The notes beneath the pieces are model-generated. The model saw only the letters and a list, made by a program, of their open reading frames with translations, ran no database searches and was not told where the DNA came from. Positions 1-8,280 of a DNA stretch of 64,000 nt are shown here, piece after piece; within the stretch, counting starts at the first letter, position 1, and every line of letters begins with the position of its first letter. The DNA is taken from NCBI GenBank assembly GCA_004524445.1, contig SDNP01000006.1, positions 36,914 to 100,913 of the forward strand, in the 5' to 3' direction. The DNA is from Candidatus Thorarchaeota archaeon (GTDB lineage Archaea; Asgardarchaeota; Thorarchaeia; Thorarchaeales; Thorarchaeaceae). A program made the position numbers and the translations under genes.

Positions 1-1525
1 CATCGATGAAGGCTGTATCTGTGCTCCGTGTGAACGAAAATTCTTCCTCTAGGCCCAGATTTCTGAGGAGAAAACCTAGCTCATTCATCAGAATTGTGAG
101 ATTCACTTCACTATCAATGATAACCCCTGCCACTGATGGTACTTGCTTTGTTCGTGTCTCCTTTTCTTTGTCAGGAATGACGATATCTCCAATCTCGAAT
201 ATTTTTTGAGGGTAATCGGTATGCTGATTCTGAGAAACAAAGTCCAGCAGGATGGGGAGCAATGAATTCCTAAGAACTGAATAATCCCTGCTCTTTGGAT
301 TAAGCGTACGTACGAGCGCTCTATCCCTGAGCATTTTTTCGTTTAAGATCTCGGGCGAACTGAGAATATAGGACAGTATTTCTTGGTATCCTGCTCCGAT
401 AAGTAGATCCCTAATCTTGTCCTTCAATCGTGTTGTGGAAAGCAGCTTACCTCTTGTCATCGTTTCTGGCATAGTGGGTTGGATTTTATCGAATCCGTAC
501 CCAATAGCCACATCCTCAATAACATCTACAACATGCAAAACATCCACTCTATACGGCGGAATTTCCACCTCCACGGTTCCCTTGCCAATCGCCTTTCCTC
601 CATACCCCATCTTTCTTAGACATTCTAATACTTGTCTTGTTGTAAGGTCCAGACCTATGAGGCCATGAATTTCTCCAAGACCGAGATGCATTTTCGTGGG
701 CTCTAGACTTGGTGTGATAACACGTTTGCCATCGGGATAGTGTACCTCTACTGATTCGATGGTTCCTCCGCGTTCAACCAACGAAGTGAGCATAATATTG
801 AGAGCTTGGTTGACTGTTGGCAGGTGTGTACCTGTCACTTCTACAAAGATATTCTCTGTTTCTTCTGTTATTCTCCCCAAATCATTGCTGTTGATGATTG
901 GGGGGAGACTGAGTATCTTATTCTCGTCATCAACCAATAGTGGCCATTTCTTGAACTTCTCAATGATATATCCGAATTCTTGTCCTTTCTCATGTTTTCG
1001 GAGAATCTCCGGAGCCGTCATCGTTTCTTGATTACCCAGTGGGACGAACTCGATCTTTTCTGGTTTTTCTGCATAATACTTGACTGGAAACTCCAAGTCA
1101 TCATGGACATAGAGGCCGATTGAGGCATTGCGTCTGTTTCTTCCATGTGTTGAGGTTAATGCCTCCTGTAATCTCATATACTCTTTGATCAGTTCACTAT
1201 GGCTCTGAATACCCTTGACAATTCCACATGAGATATATCTCCTAATTCTTGCGAGCCCTCTCTTTACAATGATTTTCTTCCCCGAGGCAGCCACAGCATA
1301 GCGATGTGGTTCTGTATTGATTCCAATAAATGACTTGATGACTCGGGCTATCCCCTCCGCAGAAAGCATGTCTTGTCTGTCGGGGTTGATTTCGATCTGG
1401 ATTTGATTTCCTTTCACATCCTCAACTTCTGCCTTTAGGAGGAAGAGGGTTTCCTCAAGTTCTGACAAACTCATCTTTGTTCCGATCAATTCAAGCAAGT
1501 CATCTATTTTGCATTCCACTATCAT
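1..1525 (-). CDS. pheT: Phenylalanine--tRNA ligase beta subunit (3' end runs off the window)
   Basis: Not in the ORF track because there is no stop inside the window. Manual translation from ATG at 1525 gives MIVECKIDDLLELIG...IEINPDRQDMLSAEGIAR, an archaeal PheT N-terminus. Lies directly downstream of pheS. Confidence 0.95.
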   Translation of the reverse strand, partial: MIVECKIDDLLELIGTKMSLSELEETLFLLKAEVEDVKGNQIQIEINPDRQDMLSAEGIARVIKSFIGINTEPHRYAVAASGKKIIVKRGLARIRRYISCGIVKGIQSHSELIKEYMRLQEALTSTHGRNRRNASIGLYVHDDLEFPVKYYAEKPEKIEFVPLGNQETMTAPEILRKHEKGQEFGYIIEKFKKWPLLVDDENKILSLPPIINSNDLGRITEETENIFVEVTGTHLPTVNQALNIMLTSLVERGGTIESVEVHYPDGKRVITPSLEPTKMHLGLGEIHGLIGLDLTTRQVLECLRKMGYGGKAIGKGTVEVEIPPYRVDVLHVVDVIEDVAIGYGFDKIQPTMPETMTRGKLLSTTRLKDKIRDLLIGAGYQEILSYILSSPEILNEKMLRDRALVRTLNPKSRDYSVLRNSLLPILLDFVSQNQHTDYPQKIFEIGDIVIPDKEKETRTKQVPSVAGVIIDSEVNLTILMNELGFLLRNLGLEEEFSFTRSTDTAFID

Positions 1526-1532
1526 TGCGTGA

Positions 1533-3035
1533 TCACCTCAAGAAGTAATTCCTTCTTATCCAGCTCAAATCCCTGCTGTACAGTTCTCTGATATCACTAA
1601 TTCCCATGGATGCCATATACAATCGACCCGACCCTATTCCCCATGCGAGGACGCTATCCTTTATTCCCAAGGGGGCTGTAACTTCGGGTCTGAAGATGCC
1701 CCCCGGTGCCACTTCTATCCAGCCAAGTTCCTCATGCTTAGCGAAGCATTCGATGCTCGGTTCGGTAAATGGGAATTGCCCTGGTTTGAACTTCATTTTC
1801 TCTATGCCAACGCTCTCGACAATTTCAGTGATGTAACCCATTAAATCCTTCAGCGTCAAGTTAGCATCCATGATTATTCCTTCGCACTGATTGAATTCCA
1901 TAGCATGACTTGCGCTGAGCTTTTCCGACCTGAAATTTCTGTCAATAATGAACATCTTTTGAGGCGAGAGCCGGTTATCGTGAAGAAACCTCATCGAAAC
2001 GGGGGTGGTATGAGACCTAAGACAGAGTCTTGTTGATACCTCCTTGCTGAATGAGGATTGATATCCCATAGACCCTGTATTGCCCCCGTCCTCATGAACA
2101 CTCTTCACTGCTCTGTAATACTTGTTATCAACTATATCTCCATGAGAATACGGCTTATTGACTCTGAACTGGTCCTGAATTTCTCTGGATACGTGATCTT
2201 GCGGTACGAAGAGGGCATCGTTGTTCCAGAATTCAGTTTCCACATATGGGCCAAACCACTCTTCAAATCCTAAACCAATCAGTATTTCTTTCAGCCAGTC
2301 ATTGAATTCGGCATACGGGTGTTTTCGACCAAGAAATACTGGGGCTGGGTGTGCCTCTACGTTGAATGGCTTAAATTCAACTTCTTCCCAGGTACCTTCC
2401 ATAATCATATCCGGAGTGAGATGAATTACTCCTCCGCCTTTCTCAGAGATTAGGCTTCTTACCATTTCACTGTCAATAATCTCGGCTTCAAACCTTTTTC
2501 TGGTTGACTCTTCTATGAGTGTGCGTGAAAGGGCTTCTTGTTTTGCCTGTTCTAAATCTTCGGGAACATCACCATTCTTGGACAGATGGGAAAGGAGTGC
2601 CTCTATTTCTGAATCCGCATTCTTTGTGACGGTTTCAAGCACAGTATCCCCATTTTCTTTTCCAATCTTTAGCCAGCCCTTCTTTCTAGCCCAATTGATT
2701 GCAATCCCTTTTTCGCGTGCTGTAAGCCCACCTCTTTCCACCGCATCATCTAAGGTTGCTCTGTCCTGTAACTCCTTAACTGCATTAAAGAGTCTGATTT
2801 CTGGGAGACCATGACTTTCATACTCAAAGCCTTCATCGGTCAGATGATAGGATGGTATTTCTTCAATTTCTAATGAAACCAATTTTCTTTGGTCAAGCGA
2901 ATTCAGGATTGAAATTACTCGTTCCTTCTTGTCCCCTGTTCGCTTAGATAACTCCTCCGCACTGACTTTCCCGGAGGTAGCGTGCATTTCCTCCAAGACT
3001 CGCTGTTCTCCTTCTGTTAGTTGCTGTTTAGCCAT
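1533..3035 (-). CDS. pheS: Phenylalanine--tRNA ligase alpha subunit (archaeal/eukaryotic long form)
   Basis: Class II aaRS motifs LRSHTT, FRSE...HAMEFNQCEG, FPFTEPS and AWGIG; N-terminal winged-helix extension. Confidence 0.97.
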   Translation of the reverse strand: MAKQQLTEGEQRVLEEMHATSGKVSAEELSKRTGDKKERVISILNSLDQRKLVSLEIEEIPSYHLTDEGFEYESHGLPEIRLFNAVKELQDRATLDDAVERGGLTAREKGIAINWARKKGWLKIGKENGDTVLETVTKNADSEIEALLSHLSKNGDVPEDLEQAKQEALSRTLIEESTRKRFEAEIIDSEMVRSLISEKGGGVIHLTPDMIMEGTWEEVEFKPFNVEAHPAPVFLGRKHPYAEFNDWLKEILIGLGFEEWFGPYVETEFWNNDALFVPQDHVSREIQDQFRVNKPYSHGDIVDNKYYRAVKSVHEDGGNTGSMGYQSSFSKEVSTRLCLRSHTTPVSMRFLHDNRLSPQKMFIIDRNFRSEKLSASHAMEFNQCEGIIMDANLTLKDLMGYITEIVESVGIEKMKFKPGQFPFTEPSIECFAKHEELGWIEVAPGGIFRPEVTAPLGIKDSVLAWGIGSGRLYMASMGISDIRELYSRDLSWIRRNYFLR

Positions 3036-3380
3036 GTGTCTTCAGAACTCCCACTAGTATTGATTTAGTGATGAAAGATATGGTATGTATAATGGTGCTT
3101 GTATGCAAGAATGAGGCCCCTAACGGGCATAATAAAATTGGCGGCACATACCTTCTTCACCTATTATAATAAATCTTGATTTAGACCTACCTTTTTAATC
3201 TGTCGAACAATGTCATGATTATCCGAAAGATGGCCTGGGGATTTAGAACGCAAAGTAATCCAGGGTCGATGTCATAATGTTAAAAAGCGGAGTGAGAGGC
3301 TCATCATCTAGGTAGTTGCCACGGGTGCCTAGTTCTTGGTATTAGTCATAAGCAACTAGAACAATTACGGATGAATAGAT

Positions 3381-4460
3381 ATGTCACTTGCTCGACAGAA
3401 ACTGAAGAGGAAGATTGAGCAGTTGAAAGAATATCAGGGTCGACACAGCTCCTTCACTACTCTTTATGTTCCCCCAACAAAGAGCCTGACCGATGTCATC
3501 AGCTTTGTCAGGGATGAGCTTGCTGGCGCAGAGAACATAAAAAGCAAAACGAATCGGAAGAATGTTTCTGATAATCTGACTGCGATTCTTAGTGAGTTAA
3601 CAAGAATCGGGCAAATGCCGGACAACGGGCTTGCTTTCTTCTTTGGGATTGAAGAAGAAGGAGGTACAGATGAGGAGATTAGAGAGATTGTTGTTCCTCC
3701 GATGCCAATCTCACAATTCAACTATGTATGTGGCAGGGAATTTGATACAAGCGAACTGGAAGCCATGACGGTCCCAAAGAGCCTTGTTGTGATAGTTCTC
3801 ATAGAGGGCGGAAAGGTAACGATAGGTTATCTCCGCGGAAAAAGCATCGAGCTAGTGCGCGACGAAGATTTTTACATCATTGGCAAGACACGAGCTGGTG
3901 GGCAGAGTGCAAAACGGTACCAGCGTATTCGTGATGAGAAAATCCACGAATTCTACAAGTATGTAGCAAACATGCTTGAGGAACTTCTTGTCGAGAATAT
4001 TGATAATGTTGATGCTATTGTTCTGGGCGGAAACACAATCCGGGCACAGGAATTTCTTGAGAAGGGTGGCCTAGACTATCGATTGAAGGAGAAGATTGCG
4101 GATAACATCATATCTGTTGGGATGGTTGATGAATCAGGTCTCTATCAAGCTGTGAAAGAGGCATCTCGAATAATGCGAGAAACCGAGATTTACGAAGAAC
4201 GACACGCCTGGGACGAGTTCATGGAATCACTGATGAAGGGTGATAGAACGGCAACTTATGGCGAGGAAGAGGTTCTAAGGGCTCTGCGCAACGGGCGAGT
4301 GGAAACTCTAATGATTACAGAAGACAAAACAGAGTTAATCGACGAAATATATGATGAATTGGAGAAGTTCGGGACCGATTTGATGATATTTACACCCCAG
4401 ACCGAATCAGGTGCTCAGCTGCAGAACTTTGGAGGCATCGCAGCCAATCTGCGATGGTAA
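3381..4460 (+). CDS. prf1: Peptide chain release factor 1 (aRF1)
   Basis: NIKS, YxCxxxF (YVCGREF) and GGQS motifs; ends FGGIAANLRW. Confidence 0.96.
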   Translation: MSLARQKLKRKIEQLKEYQGRHSSFTTLYVPPTKSLTDVISFVRDELAGAENIKSKTNRKNVSDNLTAILSELTRIGQMPDNGLAFFFGIEEEGGTDEEIREIVVPPMPISQFNYVCGREFDTSELEAMTVPKSLVVIVLIEGGKVTIGYLRGKSIELVRDEDFYIIGKTRAGGQSAKRYQRIRDEKIHEFYKYVANMLEELLVENIDNVDAIVLGGNTIRAQEFLEKGGLDYRLKEKIADNIISVGMVDESGLYQAVKEASRIMRETEIYEERHAWDEFMESLMKGDRTATYGEEEVLRALRNGRVETLMITEDKTELIDEIYDELEKFGTDLMIFTPQTESGAQLQNFGGIAANLRW

Positions 4461-4464
4461 TGCC

Positions 4465-4875
4465 TCATTTTGGCGGTTCCGGCAGATCCGTAAGCGTTTC
4501 GATATCTATTATCCAGTTGTTTAGTGTTTCAGATATTTCATTCATGTATTTCATCAGCTGGTCATGAAATTTAGTCAAGTGCTCTTGAGGAAGTTTTGAT
4601 GATTTCTTCTTGAAATCACTCACACGTTTAGGCAGCCCAGCCTTCCATTTCTTGAGACTCAGTGTTACTTTCCTGTCTTTGAGAACTTTTCTTGCAACTC
4701 GAGATTCCAGCCTAAGTTCGAGCAATTCTTTTGTGGTGGTTTGGATGCTGATTGCTGCCACAACCAGCTCTTTCACATCTGCCTTGGTATCTTTGTTCCT
4801 GGTTCTATAGTATATTTCTTTGAGATCCCTCTTCGCAGAGAGTACATCACTCAGGAAAGTTCTCAGCTCTTTCAT
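4465..4875 (-). CDS. Hypothetical helical, Lys-rich protein
   Basis: 136-aa ORF tightly packed after the Cas4-like pair; no recognised motif. Confidence 0.7.
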   Translation of the reverse strand: MKELRTFLSDVLSAKRDLKEIYYRTRNKDTKADVKELVVAAISIQTTTKELLELRLESRVARKVLKDRKVTLSLKKWKAGLPKRVSDFKKKSSKLPQEHLTKFHDQLMKYMNEISETLNNWIIDIETLTDLPEPPK

Positions 4876-4893
4876 ACCTCTTCACTATCCCTA

Positions 4894-5577
4894 TCAGTCA
4901 TTACTCTTTTGCTTTGCTTTCGACCACCTACAGAGCTGCTTTGATGCATATGGACATGTGCTGCATTTATGGGGATTTGGCGAAGCTTTAGGCTCTCTTC
5001 CCTCGAACCAATACGGATCCAACTTTTCAAGATTCATCATGGTTTGCTTGGGCGAGAAGCTATCTTCGAAAACTGCACTTTTGTCACAACTCAGGCAAAA
5101 TGCCATTGACCTATTGTGCTGACATTTCATTGCATCTGCCTGGCGACAATATATTACAACAACCTTCGTTGTGCCACAACTCACACCTGAATCCATCAAT
5201 GCAAGTGCATACAGCGATGTTTGAAAGACGTCATAATGATGAGCTCTACTCGGAAGATGAGCTGAGGGAAATTTCCTCTCAAAAACGACATCCAGAATGG
5301 CTGAATCTTCCCAATGCAGAATTGCCATATCGAACCTTCCTTTGAATCGCTTGGAAATCGAATAGACACTCTCCTCTGTAAAGACGAAATAGTCACCCGC
5401 TCTCGTTTCTAATGGCTTCTTCGTAATGAATTGCTTCAAAGACGTTTGGGTGACTGATGACTGTTTAACGAGCTTGGTTAGCTTGCTGGGTCTGCCATGA
5501 ATCAACCCGTGGATGGCAACTAATGATAGCACCAAGAATATCAGGAACATGAGAGAGTGGGAAATTGCATCAAGCAT
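4894..5577 (-). CDS. Cas4-like PD-(D/E)XK nuclease core with N-terminal TM helix (C-terminal half of a split Cas4)
   Basis: GRFD (motif II), ERK (motif III), QTSLY (QxxxY) and C-terminal CSTCPY...C; hydrophobic N-terminus LMFLIFLVLSLVAIHGLI. Confidence 0.8.
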   Translation of the reverse strand: MLDAISHSLMFLIFLVLSLVAIHGLIHGRPSKLTKLVKQSSVTQTSLKQFITKKPLETRAGDYFVFTEESVYSISKRFKGRFDMAILHWEDSAILDVVFERKFPSAHLPSRAHHYDVFQTSLYALALMDSGVSCGTTKVVVIYCRQADAMKCQHNRSMAFCLSCDKSAVFEDSFSPKQTMMNLEKLDPYWFEGREPKASPNPHKCSTCPYASKQLCRWSKAKQKSND

Positions 5578-5578
5578 C

Positions 5579-5833
5579 TCAGAACACTATCCAGAAGAAT
5601 GCGACTAGAATCGCTATGAAAAGAAACAACCACCGAATAGAATTCCCTCTATCAGGTGAGAAGGATGAGCTATTCGTTGCATTTTCATGTAATAAAGTAC
5701 CCGTCACTCCTGATGCCAATTGAGCTGACCCATATTTCCTTCTCAAATGCAGACGATATTCACAAATGAGTTGAACCTTGAGTTCAGAAACGGTTCGATA
5801 CTCATCTGGATAATTCATAGATGAGCTTCTCAT
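5579..5833 (-). CDS. Small membrane protein carrying the Cas4 N-terminal motif (N-terminal half of a split Cas4); start may be 5818
   Basis: TVSELKVQLICEYRLHL...GTLLH matches the Cas4 S-x7-C...G-x3-H segment; C-terminal TM helix WLFLFIAILVAFFWIVF. Confidence 0.75.
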   Translation of the reverse strand: MRSSSMNYPDEYRTVSELKVQLICEYRLHLRRKYGSAQLASGVTGTLLHENATNSSSFSPDRGNSIRWLFLFIAILVAFFWIVF

Positions 5834-5881
5834 GGGCTTTCCACTGAAGTTGTACCAGTCTCACACTCAAAAACTGCACAC

Positions 5882-7060
5882 TTATTCCTTGATGAAAAAT
5901 ATTAACGGAATACTTGACAGAACAAAAATCAGTGGTACAATCAAAGCATTCTGTAAGCCAACACCCGGAATGTCTGCAACATACCCTGTTATGAGTGGAC
6001 CAATTGTCCCACCAAAGAAAGCAAAAATTGCGGAGATTCCAAAGAGTCTTCCTTCCATGCCGTCTGGAATGACTTTGGCATATACAGCTCTAGATATGCT
6101 CAAGTTTCCCCCTAGTGCGAATCCCGCTATCGAGGCCACTATTGGATTGGGCAGTATTCCCCCACCGAATAGGACGGCTGCAATCCCTACACTCCAAAGC
6201 GCTAAATTCAGCCCGAGGACCTTCACAAGCCCGATTCGGTCCCCCAATTTGCCATGGAAAAAGGCCCCCAACAATGCACCAGGCAATGCCATAGCTAAGA
6301 AAAGAGTGGCATTAGTGGCGGCTATTTGTAAAATATCTACCGCAATCAATGAGGCAAAGGTTACAATAGTGGAAACTGCATCGCCCCAGAGTATTGAGGC
6401 AATCAGGAACACTGCAACGGATCTATTACTACGAATCTCATTCAGAGTTCTTGATATTCCAGCGACGAGATTCCTCTCAAGCTTCTGTTCTCTACTAGTA
6501 TCTTCTAGATAAACTGCGGGGATAATTGAAAACGTCATCAGGAAGACGGCGATGAAGAGAAGTGCACTTGCTCTCCCTACTACTGTTTCTATTATCACTG
6601 ATCCGCCTGCTCCTAATGCGCCTCCAAGGTATCCAAGTAAAATACCAAATCCCGATGTTTCTCCTAGTTTAAATTCCTCAGCTTCAGCCGCTAGAAACGA
6701 ATTTGCTCCGATCCACCCTGTTTGTATAGCGGTTGACATCACTCCAAATGCAAGAATTATACGGAAAAGTGAGTTGGAAATGCCCATGGTCACAATAGCA
6801 ATCGATGCAACTAGTGAGGAGAAAAACAAAATCCCGCGTCTGAGTCTAGTGCTATCTTCACTGAAATCAATGAAATTTCCCACAACTGGAGTCCAAAAAG
6901 CTGCCACCACTCCCGTTATTAGTGGCAACCCCCCAACCAGAAGATTCGTGCCACCTTGAGAAATAATGATGAGAGGGAGATACATAGAATTGACCGCAAA
7001 GGCAACTGGTGTCGTTGCGAAGTCATAGAATGCCCAGGCGACTTTCTGCTGCCTCTTCAT
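5882..7060 (-). CDS. MFS transporter (UMF1/Atg22-like)
   Basis: WAFYDFA N-terminus, about 12 hydrophobic segments, GKLGDRIG motif. Confidence 0.88.
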   Translation of the reverse strand: MKRQQKVAWAFYDFATTPVAFAVNSMYLPLIIISQGGTNLLVGGLPLITGVVAAFWTPVVGNFIDFSEDSTRLRRGILFFSSLVASIAIVTMGISNSLFRIILAFGVMSTAIQTGWIGANSFLAAEAEEFKLGETSGFGILLGYLGGALGAGGSVIIETVVGRASALLFIAVFLMTFSIIPAVYLEDTSREQKLERNLVAGISRTLNEIRSNRSVAVFLIASILWGDAVSTIVTFASLIAVDILQIAATNATLFLAMALPGALLGAFFHGKLGDRIGLVKVLGLNLALWSVGIAAVLFGGGILPNPIVASIAGFALGGNLSISRAVYAKVIPDGMEGRLFGISAIFAFFGGTIGPLITGYVADIPGVGLQNALIVPLIFVLSSIPLIFFIKE

Positions 7061-7170
7061 TGCTTGCTCGTATTCGATTTCATTAATGGTCCATAAAAGA
7101 AGTACGATTCATTTCTGCTTGCAGTGTTCCAGCCCGATGAGTCTGCAAGCCATCCTCAAAAAATCCTTTT

Positions 7171-8154
7171 ATGCTTGGCTGGAAACTGGATACTCGTACA
7201 GGAGTTGACAATGTGTCGAGAAGCAGGGCTGTTTTTATTGCAGTACTGACCATCTTGGCGCTAAGTTATGCATGGCATAGTACGCTAGGAATCCGTACAT
7301 CAGCCGGCAGTGGAAATCTTGCTCCTGGTGATTACAGGGTTGACTACTTATTTTCTGCTGAACCCAATAGTCAAATTTCTGGAGAAATCATCGCAAATGA
7401 TTCTGTTCAAATCTATATTTTGCATTCAAATCATTACACTGCCCCGGAGAATATCTCCGAGCTCCAGTGTCAGGTTTGCGTACGGTCGAGTTATTACCTG
7501 ATAGAATTTACTGCAGAAGAATCCGGCGATTGGGTTTTGGTTCTCGAAAATAGGGATGAGGACTATATTCACTACAATTTCACGTGGTCAAGTATACCAG
7601 TAGATGAACAACCTTTTATTGCGTTCGGCGTTACAGTCTTTCCCCTATTCACACTGGCTGTCGCTGCGTCATTCATTGTGGTTTCATATGAAGGATCTAA
7701 TCGAGAAGAGATAGCACAAGAGAATTCCGGATTCAGAGCAGCCATAATAGGATCCATCATTGTGGTGTTAACATTCATTGCACCCCTTCTTGTGCTTATC
7801 TCTCCCTATTCGACAAATATCCAGTCTCCTCTCTGGGATTTGCGATTAAGTGACGGACTAGAATTTCGTTTTTGGGATTATACAAATCCGTTTTCGTGGG
7901 TTTCGATTGTGCTTATGTATGGAATTGCGTTCTTCTTTCCGCATGTGGTGACTTTGTATTACCAAGGACGTACTTCTGCGATGAATGTATTCATTATGGG
8001 ACTGATTTCAACATCCCTGCTGATTGTTTCCTTTATTATGAGTTTCATCACATCTGCACCCGTCTTCATTATACCTATTCCAATTAGCGTCTTAGTGGGT
8101 TTGCTTCTAGTTCAATTCTACAAATTGCCACAGACAGATGATCAAATCTTCTAG
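7171..8154 (+). CDS. Membrane protein with extracellular beta-sandwich domain and multiple C-terminal TM helices (start may be GTG 7213)
   Basis: Signal/TM helix, then a beta-rich segment (FTAEESGDWVLVLEN), then about 5 TM helices. Confidence 0.7.
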   Translation: MLGWKLDTRTGVDNVSRSRAVFIAVLTILALSYAWHSTLGIRTSAGSGNLAPGDYRVDYLFSAEPNSQISGEIIANDSVQIYILHSNHYTAPENISELQCQVCVRSSYYLIEFTAEESGDWVLVLENRDEDYIHYNFTWSSIPVDEQPFIAFGVTVFPLFTLAVAASFIVVSYEGSNREEIAQENSGFRAAIIGSIIVVLTFIAPLLVLISPYSTNIQSPLWDLRLSDGLEFRFWDYTNPFSWVSIVLMYGIAFFFPHVVTLYYQGRTSAMNVFIMGLISTSLLIVSFIMSFITSAPVFIIPIPISVLVGLLLVQFYKLPQTDDQIF

Positions 8155-8280
8155 TAAAATGATAGTTAGGTTGGGAGCGAACTAGGTTCATTGGATGTGC
8201 ATGCGAGCACATAAGAAAGCTTTACTAATCAATTATTCATCTTAGCTGATGTAACGGTCAGTGAGGGAATGTGACATCGA

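Noticed and set aside
5832-6959. Long antisense ORFs (e.g. 5832-6512, 6552-6959, and similar ones throughout the track)
   Set aside because: Shadow frames of well-supported genes on the opposite strand.
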